Shown here piece by piece: positions 1 to 9,968 of a stretch of 64,000 bases of DNA. Below the pieces are notes generated by a model. It saw nothing but the letters and a program-made list of their open reading frames with translations. It ran no database searches and was not told the origin of the DNA. Each line of letters opens with the position of its first letter. Positions within the stretch are counted from its first letter, which is position 1. The translations under genes and the position numbers were made by a program. Source of the DNA: an uncultured Verrucomicrobiae bacterium (GTDB lineage Bacteria > Verrucomicrobiota > Verrucomicrobiia > Chthoniobacterales > Chthoniobacteraceae); the NCBI GenBank assembly GCA_963792695.1, contig CAWBXA010000002.1:4441-68440 (forward strand), given 5' to 3'.

Positions 1-1
1 C

Positions 2-193
2 CTGGCGCTGGTCGCCAAGTACGGCCATCACGCTGAGTTCGGGACGGCGTACATCATCACCTCTGTGCATGCGCCACCCAAATCACAGTTCGACGCTTGG
101 GCCGATCTGGGCCTCCTTCTGTACGTTCAAAGAAAAGGCCAAGTCTCACCGCAGGACTCAGCCCAGTGCAATTCCGGGCAGCAAGCGGTTTAA
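2..193 (+). CDS. 3' end of an unidentified protein-coding gene entering from the left edge (partial)
   Basis: Frame open from nt 2 to TAA at 191-193 (...VAKYGHHAEFGTAYIITSVHAPPKSQFDAWADLGLLLYVQRKG...). No family recognised. Absent from the ORF track because there is no start codon in the window. Confidence 0.25.
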   Translation: MALVAKYGHHAEFGTAYIITSVHAPPKSQFDAWADLGLLLYVQRKGQVSPQDSAQCNSGQQAV

Positions 194-241
194 CTTGGCA
201 TGTCCAGAGTCAGCTACTTCTAGGCCCCAGTCAACCGGTTT

Positions 242-262
242 CTTTTGCAACTGTTGCAAAAG
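242..262. repeat. Perfect palindrome CTTTTGCAAC-T-GTTGCAAAAG (hairpin or operator-like)
   Basis: The 10-nt arms were read directly from the sequence. It lies between the upstream stop (193) and the IS remnant (325). Function unknown. Confidence 0.5.
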
Positions 263-324
263 ACGCCGGAAGGAGCAGAAAAATAGATGCTTGACCGCTC
301 AAGCATCGCTGCTACTTTGAATCC

Positions 325-509
325 ATGAACAAGCTCTCCACCGAAGACCGCACGCGGGTTGTCGCCGCTCTCGTAGAGGGTAATTCCCTTCGCGCTACTA
401 CCCGCATCAGACGCTCCGCGTCACGCCTGCGATGGAAGCGGGAATCGCGAACGACGTTTGGAGCATCGAAGACCTCATTTCCCTAATCGATTGAAACTGT
501 ACCACTACC
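325..509 (+). mobile_element. Internally deleted remnant of an IS1-like (ISMhu11-type) DDE transposase element
   Basis: ATG at 325 gives MNKLSTEDRTRVVAALVEGNSLRATTRI, the typical N-terminal HTH of this transposase type. The sequence then continues in another frame with the extreme C-terminus RVTPAMEAGIANDVWSIEDLISLID* (stop 492-494). This is followed by AAACTGTACCACTACC (494-509), a motif that recurs at 27780 and 33497. Family name is from memory. Confidence 0.6.
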
Positions 510-564
510 GGCCCGTGGCCGCCCTTGCTGCTCCCAAGGGCGGGTGATAGCCTTCGTTCTCCCC

Positions 565-2958
565 ATGTCGGAACTCTCTGACTACATCACCCAGGAATGC
601 GCGGCTTGCGGCGCCTTGATCGATATCTCCGACGAGGAGCCGCTCGCCCTCATGCATTGCCCGACATGCGGCACGTCGATGCGGGTGCGGCGGATGTTTG
701 GCAATTTCGAGCCGGTGGAAGTGCTGGGCGCGGGCGGGATGGGCGCGGTCTATCGGGCGCAGGATTTGGCGCTCAATCGGCCGGTCGCGCTGAAGCTGTT
801 GCGGCGCGAATACTCGGAGCACCCGGAGGTGACGCGGCAGTTCGAGCACGAGGCGGCGATCACCGCCCTGATCAATCATCCCAACGTGGTGAAGGTTTAC
901 TCGACCGGCTCGGATCACGGCACCTTTTATATTGCGATGGAGCTGGTGGACAAAGGATCGCTCGACGACCTCATGGCGTTGCAGAAGAAGATCACTGAGG
1001 CGCAAATGCTCGAAGTCGGCTTGCAGATCGCGCAGGGTTTGCGCGCGGCCTTTCAGAGCGGGCTGATCCATCGCGACATCAAGCCGGGCAACATCCTTTT
1101 CGCGCAGGCGCACCACGCGAAGATCGTCGATTTCGGCCTGGCGGCTTCACTGGAGAATGCTGGCGAAATCGGGGGAGAAGTCTGGGGCACCCCTTACTAT
1201 GTCGCGCCGGAGAAGCTCGAGACGCCCTCCCGGGAAGATGCGCGGAGCGACATCTATTCGCTGGGTGCGACTCTCTTTCACGCGCTGGCGGGGCGGCCGC
1301 CGCATGATGCGAAAGACGCCTCGATCCCGGCGCTGCGACAACTGAAAAGCCAGCCGGTGCGGATCGAAACGTTTGCGCCCGCGCTTTCGACGCGCGCGGC
1401 GGCGCTGATCAATCGGATGCTGCAACATCGCCCGGAAGCGCGCCCGCCGAATTATGATGAATTGATCAAGCAATTCGAGGCGGTGCGCTTGCCGCCGGTG
1501 GTCAAGCCGCGCGCGCCGACGCGCGTCCGCCCGCAACTTGTGCGGCAACAACAGCAGCAGACGACCATGCTCAGCCTCGTGACGGTCATCGCGCTGCTCG
1601 CGCTGGCGGCCGGGGCCATCCTTCTGTACACGCAGCGGGCGCGTCTCTTTCCGGCGCCGGAGCCGGAGCGAGTGGCGCTCGGGGCGCGGATGTTGCAGTC
1701 GCACGCGAAGGAGCAGCCGCTCTTTGAGGCGGCGCGCAAGCTGTTGCTCGAGGAGAAGCCTGCGGAAGCGGCGGCGGCCTTCCGGCAGCTCGAAGCCGAG
1801 CATCCGCAAATGGCGCAGCCGCTGCTCGACTGGACGACTTTCCACGCGGGCCTGGCGACGATTCTCGCCGGCCAACTGGACGAGGCGAAAGCCGACTTTG
1901 CCAAGCTGGCCAAACGCGAGGCGATCTCACAGGACCCGGACGAATTGAAGCTTTCGCAGTTCTTCCAAAAGATGGCGAAGCTGGTTCTGGAGGAAGGGCC
2001 GCAAGCGCCGGAGGATTTCAAGGGCTACCAAAAGGATGGATACGAAGCGCTGCTCCCTTTTCTGCTGGCAGCCAAGGATTGGGAACTCGGCGAGTTCGAC
2101 CATGCGCTGAATTTCTTTGGCGACTTCGAGTTGACCAATCCGGAGCCGCCTTACGCCTGGATCGCCGACTACCGAACCATCGCCAAGAAGTATGACCGGC
2201 AGTACGACCAGTACGCCACCTTCGCCAACCAGGCGAAGGTGTTGACGGACCCGGAGAAGGCGAAGGCGCAGTTGCCGCATCTGCGCGAAGTGCTGGCGGG
2301 CTTGAACCTGCAAGGCGCGCTGGCGCGCAAAGGGCGGAGCGTCGTGCGGCGGGTCGAGCAGGAGGTGGCCGACTTTGTCTCCGAAGCGGACAAAGCAGAG
2401 ATGGAGATGGTGGAATCCGACAACAAGGCGCTGGCCGAGGCGGAGGAGAAGTTGAAGCCGCTGGTGGCGCAATTCAAGTTTGCCGAGGCGCGCGACGCCA
2501 TGACGGCGGCGACGGCAGTCACGGACAAGGGGAAGAAAACCAAAGCGGGGCTGATCAATAAGTACGATTGGCTGGCGGGATTCAAATCGACCCTCACGCA
2601 GGATCTTGGTACCGGGGCGTATCCGGGGGGCCTGGCGCGCAAGGCTGGCGTGCGGCTCGCTGGCAGCGTGAGCGACGCCACGGACGAGCAGGTGATTGTG
2701 AAGGTCGGAGGGGCAAATGTGGGCGTGCCGTGGACCGACATTGCTTACGAGAGCCTGGTCGCGATGGCGCAATCGTACTGCCGCACGGACCTGCCACCGG
2801 ACCGGCTGGGCGACCGCCTTTGGCTGATCGGCGTCTTCGCTGCGGTGGAGGGAAATCCGGCGGATGCGACGAAGTTCTTCGGCCTGGCGATCAAGCAAAA
2901 GCCTTCCTATCAGAGCGAGCTGGTGGTTTTCCCGACCGTACCCGCGCCCGCAGCCTGA
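565..2958 (+). CDS. Membrane-anchored Ser/Thr protein kinase with N-terminal zinc ribbon and large C-terminal helical (TPR-like) region
   Basis: ORF 544..2958 with ATG at 565 (MSELSDY). CxxC...CxxC (CAACG...CPTCG). Hanks motifs HRDIKPGNILF, DFGLA, GTPYYVAPE. One TM (LSLVTVIALLALAAGAILLY). Confidence 0.9.
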   Translation: MSELSDYITQECAACGALIDISDEEPLALMHCPTCGTSMRVRRMFGNFEPVEVLGAGGMGAVYRAQDLALNRPVALKLLRREYSEHPEVTRQFEHEAAITALINHPNVVKVYSTGSDHGTFYIAMELVDKGSLDDLMALQKKITEAQMLEVGLQIAQGLRAAFQSGLIHRDIKPGNILFAQAHHAKIVDFGLAASLENAGEIGGEVWGTPYYVAPEKLETPSREDARSDIYSLGATLFHALAGRPPHDAKDASIPALRQLKSQPVRIETFAPALSTRAAALINRMLQHRPEARPPNYDELIKQFEAVRLPPVVKPRAPTRVRPQLVRQQQQQTTMLSLVTVIALLALAAGAILLYTQRARLFPAPEPERVALGARMLQSHAKEQPLFEAARKLLLEEKPAEAAAAFRQLEAEHPQMAQPLLDWTTFHAGLATILAGQLDEAKADFAKLAKREAISQDPDELKLSQFFQKMAKLVLEEGPQAPEDFKGYQKDGYEALLPFLLAAKDWELGEFDHALNFFGDFELTNPEPPYAWIADYRTIAKKYDRQYDQYATFANQAKVLTDPEKAKAQLPHLREVLAGLNLQGALARKGRSVVRRVEQEVADFVSEADKAEMEMVESDNKALAEAEEKLKPLVAQFKFAEARDAMTAATAVTDKGKKTKAGLINKYDWLAGFKSTLTQDLGTGAYPGGLARKAGVRLAGSVSDATDEQVIVKVGGANVGVPWTDIAYESLVAMAQSYCRTDLPPDRLGDRLWLIGVFAAVEGNPADATKFFGLAIKQKPSYQSELVVFPTVPAPAA

Positions 2959-3027
2959 CGACGCGCGCTGTTAATTTGCTCTTGAGCGGGGCGCCGGCGC
3001 CGCCTAGCGTGGCGGGTTCAGCAGTAC

Positions 3028-3101
3028 GCGCTCGTAGCTCAACTGGATAGAGCGTTGGCCTCCGAAGCCAAAGGTTGTGGGTTCGACCCCCGCCGGGCGC
3101 A
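3028..3101 (+). tRNA. tRNA-Arg (anticodon CCG)
   Basis: Hand-folded cloverleaf: acceptor GCGCTCG/CGGGCGC, D arm GCTC-AACTGGATA-GAGC, anticodon arm TTGGC-CTCCGAA-GCCAA, T arm GTGGG-TTCGACC-CCCGC, discriminator A. No encoded CCA. Confidence 0.9.
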
Positions 3102-3153
3102 CCCCTCGTTTTTGTTTGGACATCCCGAAGGCGGCGTCTAGAACGAGCGCCCT

Positions 3154-3408
3154 ATGCTCCACATTATTTGGTCCATCATCGTCGGTTTCATCATTGGTCT
3201 CATCGCTCGCGCGATCATGCCCGGTGGCCAGGAACTCGGCTTCATCGCCACCACCCTGCTCGGCATCGGTGGTTCCATTGTCGGCGGCCTCATCGCCCGC
3301 CTGTTCTCGAAACCCGCCCCCGGATCGAATTTTCACCCCGCCGGATTCATCATGTCCATCGTCGGCGCGCTGATCCTGCTGTTCGCGTACATTAAGCTGG
3401 TGCATTAA
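3154..3408 (+). CDS. GlsB/YeaQ/YmgE family (transglycosylase-associated) small membrane stress protein
   Basis: 84 aa. Gly-rich TM pattern [24 protein letters not shown]...[17 protein letters not shown] is characteristic of this family. Confidence 0.85.
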   Translation: MLHIIWSIIVGFIIGLIARAIMPGGQELGFIATTLLGIGGSIVGGLIARLFSKPAPGSNFHPAGFIMSIVGALILLFAYIKLVH

Positions 3409-3589
3409 GGTTCAAACGTCGAGACGCGGCTCACCAAGGTGGGTCAGCCGCGTCGCGACAGCAGAAGGCCGCCGTGGGATTCCCCCCCAACCAGAATGTT
3501 GGGCGGATGGTTGGGCGTCTGGTGGCCGCAGGGCGGCGGCGACTTTGCGCGCTTGCGTGGGGGCGCCGGTTCGCGTGAGGTGGCGAGGC

Positions 3590-5963
3590 ATGCGCCTCCG
3601 CTCCCTTCTCCCACTCGCCGCTCTTTTCTTCGTCGCAGGTTCGCTCCTCGCTCAAGGCGCCAAGCCACCTGCCGAGTTGCGGTGGGATGCGATGGACCTC
3701 GGGCCGTTCCAAAGCGGGACGTTCAAAGTTGGCGATCAGATCACCGCCAAGGGGATCGCGCTCAAGGTCGGCACGGCTGCGGAGCAAGGGACGGTGCTGT
3801 TCGACACGGAGTTACTCCGCTGGAGTGCCGCGTGGACGGGCGGTTTCATCAAGTTTCCCCCCGCGCGCGGCGGCTTGGAAGGGCAGATCACACCCGATGG
3901 GCAGGTGCAACTGAGGTCGGGTTATGCGCCTGGCTGGGCCTTGGCCGGCGAGATTGGCGACGACCCGCGCGACCGGCATCAGGGCCATTTGCCCGCCGAG
4001 GTAGCCAAGTATCGCGGGCTGCAACTCCAGGGTACGCGCGTGATCGTCTCCTACAACGTGGGGAAGGCCATGGTGCGGGAGACGGCAAACCTGGCTGCGC
4101 TGGCGGGCGCGCCCGTTTTTGAGCGCCGCGTGCAACTCGAGCCTTCGGGTGAAGCGCTCTCGATGCTCATCTGCGACCTCCCCGGCGCGCAAGGCGAGGG
4201 CCAAGGCGCTGGCTTGACGCTCTCCGAGCAGGGCCAAGTGGACCCCGCCTCGACCGCCGCCATCGTCGTCGCCGCCGTCGGTTTGCCCGAAGGGGCGAAA
4301 CTGCGGGTGGCGGCCAATGGGCGCGCGGTGCTGGATTTGCCCGTGCGCCCGCAGCGCACCAGCTTTCTGTTGCGCATCTGGAGCGGCATGAAATCGGCGG
4401 AGCCGTCCGTGGCGGCCCTTGCGGCAGGTGTGCAGGCCAGCCCGGTGGTGGAGGAGAAGGCCCCAAAGAGTGCGTTGTGGGGACCGCCGCTGGAATCCAA
4501 AGGGGTCGTGGCGGCAGGAGCAAGCGCTTACCTGGCTGATGAGATCCCGTTCCCCGAGGAGAATCCCTTCCACTCCTGGTTCCGCCCCGGTGGTCACGAC
4601 TTCCTGCCGGACGGCCGCGCCGTGGTGGCCTCGCTGAGCGGCGATGTGTGGATGGTGAGCGGGCTCGACGCCGGTCTGGAGCATGTCCGATGGAAGCGCT
4701 TTGCCACGGGACTCTTTCAGCCTCTCGGGGTGCGGGTCGTGGGGAACGACATCTACGTGCTCGGCCGCGACCAGATCACGCGTTTGCACGAGGAGAGCGC
4801 GACGGGTGAAGCGGCGGAGTACGCGTGCTTCAACAACGATTGCGTGGTGACGGAGAACTACCATGAGTTCGCGCTCGATTTGCAGACTGATCGCGCCGGG
4901 AATTTCTATTACGCCAAAGGCTCCCCCTGGCAGCCGACCGTGCAGAGCCCGCATCAAGGCACGCTGCTGAAATTCACTCCCGATGGCGCGAAGCTGGAGA
5001 TCGTCGCGACCGGCTTGCGCGCTCCAAACGGGATGAGCATTGGGCCGAATGATGAGATCACCATCTCGGATAACCAGGGGCACTGGATGCCCTCGAACCG
5101 GCTGAACATCATCAAGACCGGCGGCTTTTACGGAATGGTGCCGGCGGCGCATCGCCCGATGACCTTCGAGGGAAAAGAGGGCGACTACACGGCGGACCCG
5201 AGCAGCCCCAGGGACCAGGCGCTGCACAAACAGAACTTCTGGGGCAGCATCCAGACGCCGGTGCCGCGCGGAAGCTTACGACCTGCCGCTCTGCTGGATT
5301 CCGATGCCGATCGACAACTCGAGCGGCGGCGAAGTCTGGGTGCCGGAGGGGAGCAAGTGGGGGCCGCTGGGCGGGCACCTCCTGCAAATGAGCTACGGCA
5401 AATGCGCCCTCTTCGACGTGCTCACCGAAACGGTGAACGGCGTGGCGCAAGCGGGGCTGGTGCGCTTTCCCATCAAGTTTTCCTCCGGCATCATGCGGGG
5501 GCGATTTTCCCCGGCGGATGGGCAGCTTTACCTGACGGGTCTGCGCGGCTGGCAGACTGATGCGGCGAAGGAGGGCTGCTTTTACCGCGTCCGCTACACT
5601 GGCCGGCCCTACGACCGGCCGACGGCGATGCGAACCTTGCACACCGGTTTGGAACTCCGCTTCGATGTCCCCATGGACTCAGCGATGGCGAGCGACCCGC
5701 AAAACTTCAACGTGGAGGAGTGGAACTACCTCTGGAGCGGGGCCTATGGCTCTGACGATTATTCCGTGAAGGAGCCGCGGAAGAAAGGACGCGATGTGCT
5801 GGCGGTGCAAAGCGCGCAGCTTTCGCCGGACGGCAAGACCCTCACCCTGGCCATCGCGGACTGGCGCTCCGCCATGCAGGTCCACGTGAAATTCAAAGGC
5901 AAGACCGCGGAAGGCCGCGAGGTGGATGAGGAACTCTACAGCACCGTGCATCAACTCCCCTGA
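3590..5963 (+). CDS. Secreted beta-propeller protein of the PVC 'membrane-bound dehydrogenase domain' / glucose-sorbosone-dehydrogenase-like type, with an apparent frameshift near 5270
   Basis: Signal peptide MRLRSLLPLAALFFVAGSLLAQG at 3590. ORF 3545..5560 loses sense after ...NFWGSIQTPVP. The sequence continues in the frame of ORF 5304..5963 as AYDLPLCWIPMPIDNSSGGEVW...GQLYLTGLRGWQTDA. Function assignment is from memory of the family. Confidence 0.6.
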
Positions 5964-6226
5964 GAGTCCTGCGCTCCACGCCCGCGCAGGCGGCGCTGGA
6001 GTGAAATCGCGCCAGTCACGAGCAGGCCGACACCCATGCCAGCGGCCGCGCCAAACGGGCCCAGGAAGATCGCGCCGACCAGCACCCGCATGACCGATGC
6101 CTCTATCGGCACCGGCGGCCCGCCCTTGAGATTCGGCGCCAGGAAGGTGAAGAGCATGTACACTTCACCGAACACGAACCCCGCGATGGAGAATGGCTTG
6201 GCGTAGTTGCGAACTGGCGCGATCAC
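5951..6226 (-). CDS. Hypothetical small two-TM membrane protein
   Basis: Part of ORF 5951..6364, whose upstream part overlaps the repaired pfkB 3' end. GTG at 6226. TM segments KPFSIAGFVFGEVYMLFTFLA and VLVGAIFLGPFGAAAGMGVGLLVTGAI. Confidence 0.35.
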   Translation of the reverse strand: MIAPVRNYAKPFSIAGFVFGEVYMLFTFLAPNLKGGPPVPIEASVMRVLVGAIFLGPFGAAAGMGVGLLVTGAISLQRRLRGRGAQDSQGS

Positions 6227-6350
6227 GCCCCGAGCCTCCCGCGTGGAGCGCGCAAAGGCAATCCCCGGCTCAACCTTTGGCGCCGGGGGGTCCGGAGCCC
6301 CCGCGCCGGCGCTTCCCCGTTGCCTGCTTTCCAGATGCAACCCTCCCGCC

Positions 6351-7275
6351 CTACAGCTTCTCAAACTGGCTCATCATCTGAAACATGGCGTAGCGCTCTG
6401 TAATGTCGGTTTGCTTCAGCGTGCGCAACCGTTCGAGGCTGAAGGCTTCCACATTGTAGCTCGCCAGGACGCTGCCATGGACGACGCCCTTGCGCAGGTC
6501 ATCGAAGGTCACTTCGGCACGGCCTTGCGAGGCGAGATAGCCAGCGAGCCCGCCCGCAAAAGTGTCGCCCGCGCCTGTCGGGATCGTGGATGTCTTCGAG
6601 CGGGTAGGCGCCGCAGGAGAAGAATTGCTCCGGGCCGAAAAGCAGGCAGCCGTGCTCGCCCTTCTTGATGGCGACGAAGCGCGGCCCCATGCCGCGAATG
6701 CGCGCGCCGGCTTTGATTAGACTCGTCTCGCCGGTGAACTGACGCGCCTCGCCGTCGTTCAGGATGAGCAGATCGACCCGCGCGATGAGGGCGAGCAGGT
6801 CGTCCTTCGCGATGTTGATCCAGAGGTCCATCGTGTCGGCGATGACGAAGCGCGGGCGCTGCATCTGATCGAGCACATGCGACTGGAGCTTGGGCGCAAT
6901 GTTTGCCAGCAGGACGTAGGGCGTGCTGGTGTAGGCGGCGGGGAGCGTCGGACTGAAGTGCTCGAAGACATTCAGCTCGACGCTGCGCGTTTCGCGGGTG
7001 TTGAGGTCCCACATGTATTCGCCGGACCAGCGAAAGGTCTTCCCCGGGACGGTTTGCAGACCTTCGAGGTCGATCTGCCGGCTGCGGAGGAAATCGATGT
7101 GCTCCCTGGGGAAGTCGTCGCCGACGACCCCGACGAATTGGACCGGCCCAAAGAAGCTGGCGCCCACCGCCGCATAGCTGGCCGAGCCGCCGAGCAGGTC
7201 GGCATGCTCCTCGACGGGAGTTTTCACAGAGTCAAGCGCGATGGAACCGACGACAAGTACAGACATGCGCGCCAT
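6351..7275 (-). CDS. PfkB-family carbohydrate/sugar-acid kinase, with an apparent 1-nt insertion near 6581
   Basis: ORF 6499..7314 (MSVLVVGSIALD...). After ...AYPLEDIHDP the frame breaks in a GGG run. The -1 frame gives the PfkB signature DPTGAGDTFAGGLAGYLA and runs to TAG at 6351-6353. Confidence 0.85.
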
Positions 7276-7415
7276 GTAGAGAATGCGAGCCCCCGGCTCA
7301 AGGGTTTTCGTCACAACCCGGCCGTCTGGTGCTGGCCGATTCCAGCTCCTTCAAACGCGAATCCGCGCTTTCCCCTCCGGCCAGCGGCTTGGTAAACTGA
7401 TGCCCGCTCAAAGCC

Positions 7416-7862
7416 ATGCTGCTCCACCCGCTCATCCATCCCAAGATCAATGAAGTGCTCGCGCGTGCGGGGCATCATAGTGTGATCCTGATTGCCGATG
7501 GCAATTATCCGGCGGCGACCAAGCGCGGGCCGCATGCGGAGCTGGTCTCGCTCAATCTCGCCCCCGGCGTGGTGACGTGTGTGCAGGTCTTGCGGGCGTT
7601 GCTCGCCTCGGTGCCCATCGACTTCGTGCAGACGATGGGGATTCCGGCGGATGACGCCTATGCGCAAGCGGGCGAGCCGCCCGTCTGGGCGGAGTATCGC
7701 GAGGTGATCGCCAGCGCAGGCCTGGCGCTGACTCTGGAGCCAGTGCTCAAGTGGGATTTTTACGAGAAAGTCAATTCGCCCGATCACGTGCTCACTATCC
7801 AAACGGGCGACCAGTCGCTCTGGGCAAACGTTTTATTGACGATGGGTTGCCGTGTCGCCTGA
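7416..7862 (+). CDS. fucU: RbsD/FucU family sugar mutarotase (L-fucose mutarotase-like)
   Basis: 148 aa. MLLHPLIHPKINEVLARAGHHSVILIADGNYP...TGDQSLWANVLLTMG aligns by eye with the FucU/RbsD pattern. Confidence 0.8.
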   Translation: MLLHPLIHPKINEVLARAGHHSVILIADGNYPAATKRGPHAELVSLNLAPGVVTCVQVLRALLASVPIDFVQTMGIPADDAYAQAGEPPVWAEYREVIASAGLALTLEPVLKWDFYEKVNSPDHVLTIQTGDQSLWANVLLTMGCRVA

Positions 7863-7886
7863 GCCTTGGCAAAGTCCTCCTCCCGC

Positions 7887-8819
7887 ATGCAAACCAGGAC
7901 GCTCGGCCAAACCGGTCTCTCGATTCCCATTCTTGCCTTTGGTGCTTCGTCGCTGGGGCAGGAGTTTCGCTCTGTCTCGGTGGAGGAGGCGCTGCGGAGC
8001 GTGCATGTGGCGCTCGAGGGGGGGCTCACGCTTATCGATACCTCGCCCTTTTACGGGCGCGGGATGAGCGAAGTGCTGCTCGGGATCGCGCTCAAAGGCG
8101 TGCCGCGCGAAAGCTACACCCTTTGCACCAAGCTCGGGCGGTACGACCTCGGGCATTTCGACTTTTCCGCGAAACGCGTGGCGGAAAGTGTCGATGTCTC
8201 GCTGCATCGTCTCGGCACGGATCATCTCGATATCTGCCTCTGCCACGACATCGAGTTTGTGGAGCTGGCGCAGATTGTCGAAGAGACGCTGCCGGCGCTG
8301 CGCCAGGCGCAGTCGCAGGGGAAGATTCGTTTTGTCGGCATTTCCGGCTATCCGATGAAAGCGTTTAAGTACGTGCTGGAGCGGGCGGAACTCGATTGCG
8401 TGCTCTCGTACAACCAATACACGCTGCAAAATACGCGGTTCGCTGATGAACTCGTGCCGCTGCTCAAGGCCCGAGGGGTCGGGGCGATGAATGCCGGCCC
8501 ATTCTCCGCGCGGCTCCTGACGAATGCGCCGCTGCCTGCCTGGCTCAAGGAGCCGGAGGAGGTCAAAGCGGCGGCGCGGGCGGCAGTGGCCCTATGCGAG
8601 CGCCGCGGGACGGACATCGCCAAGCTGGCACTGCAATTTTGTCTCGCGAATCCGGACATCGCCACCACTGTGGCCGGCTCAGCCAACCCAAATAACATCC
8701 GCAAGTGGATTCAGTGGGCCGGGGAGCCGCTTGACCAGGAGTTGCTGGCGGAGGTGCAGGCGATTTTTGCGCCGGTGAAGAACCTCGGGCATACGGAAGG
8801 GCTGCCAGAGAATAACTGA
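7887..8819 (+). CDS. Aldo/keto reductase (candidate L-fucose/D-arabinose-type aldose 1-dehydrogenase)
   Basis: ORF 7866..8819 with ATG at 7887 (MQTRTLGQTGLSIPILAFGASSLG...IDTSPFYGRGMSE). The AKR fold is recognisable. Substrate is inferred from context only. Confidence 0.8.
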   Translation: MQTRTLGQTGLSIPILAFGASSLGQEFRSVSVEEALRSVHVALEGGLTLIDTSPFYGRGMSEVLLGIALKGVPRESYTLCTKLGRYDLGHFDFSAKRVAESVDVSLHRLGTDHLDICLCHDIEFVELAQIVEETLPALRQAQSQGKIRFVGISGYPMKAFKYVLERAELDCVLSYNQYTLQNTRFADELVPLLKARGVGAMNAGPFSARLLTNAPLPAWLKEPEEVKAAARAAVALCERRGTDIAKLALQFCLANPDIATTVAGSANPNNIRKWIQWAGEPLDQELLAEVQAIFAPVKNLGHTEGLPENN

Positions 8820-8922
8820 CGCCATCACACATCAGACCAGCTCGCTGGGAGTCATTCGACCCACCATCATCCTAACATCCTCTTCCGCGGGACCCTGCGC
8901 TACCCAACGACACTCTTTAACC

Positions 8923-9951
8923 ATGAAAGCACTCCAACTTGAAAAACCGCAACATTGGCGCACCATCGACGTCCCTGAGCCGGCGGCGCCAGGCGTGGGC
9001 GAGGCGCTGCTGCATGTCCATAATGTGGGGATTTGCGGGACGGACTTGGGCGGATTCCTGGGGAAAATGCCGTTTTTTTCGTATCCCCGCATTCCAGGGC
9101 ATGAATTGGGAGTCGAGGTGCTGGCGGTCGGTGAAGGAGTGACCAACGTCAAGCCCGGTGACCGGTGCTCGGTCGAGCCGTACCTCAATTGTGGGAAATG
9201 TTACTCGTGCCGGCGCGGCCATACCAATTGCTGCGAACACAATCAAACGCTCGGGGTCCATTGTGATGGCGGGCTCCGGTCCCGCTTTCTGCTGCCGGCA
9301 AACAAATTGCACGTTGCCAATGCGCTCACGCCGGAACAGTGCGCGCTGGTCGAGACACTCGCCATTGGCTGCCACGCGGTGAATCGCGGCGCTCCGCAGG
9401 CCGGCGAACATGTCCTCGTGATCGGCGCCGGCCCGATCGGCCTCTCGGCCATCGAATTTGCCCGGCTTTCCGGCGCGCGCACCATCGTCATGGACACCAA
9501 TGAGCAGCGGCTCGCCTTTGTCCGCGAGCGTATCGGCGTGCCCGATACGCTGCTCGCCACCGGCAGTGATGCGGATTTTTCCGCGCTCGCCGCGTTCACG
9601 AATGGCCAGTTGGCCGATGTGGTCATCGACGCCACCGGCAGTCACAAGTCGATGGTGCGCGCGCTGGAGTTTGCTTCGTTCGCGGGGCGCGATTGTTTAT
9701 GTCGGGATCACGCAGCAGGACCTCACCTTTCCCCATGCCGCCGATCATGCACCGCCGCGAGCTGACGTTGCTCGCCAGCCGCAACGCGCTGCCCGGCGAT
9801 TTCACGCGCATCATCAAGCTGATTGGCGAGGGGCGAGATTGACACGGGACCGTGGATCACGCATCATGCCGACTTTGCGGACGTCGCCGAAGTTTTCCCG
9901 TCGTGGCTCAAGCCCGAAACGGGCGTGATCAAAGCCATCGTGCGGGTCTAG
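8923..9951 (+). CDS. Zinc-type medium-chain alcohol/sugar-acid dehydrogenase, with at least two apparent frameshifts (about 9690-9760)
   Basis: GHELGVEV, CGKCYSCRRGHTNCC and VIGAGPIGL motifs in ORF 8923..9765. The C-terminus is only recovered by switching frames: ...GAIVYVGITQQDLTF, then PHPPIMHRRELTLLASRNALPGDFTRIIKLIGEGRIDTGPWITHHADF...IKAIVRV* (TAG 9949-9951). Confidence 0.8.
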
Positions 9952-9968
9952 TCTGAACGCGCGTCGGC

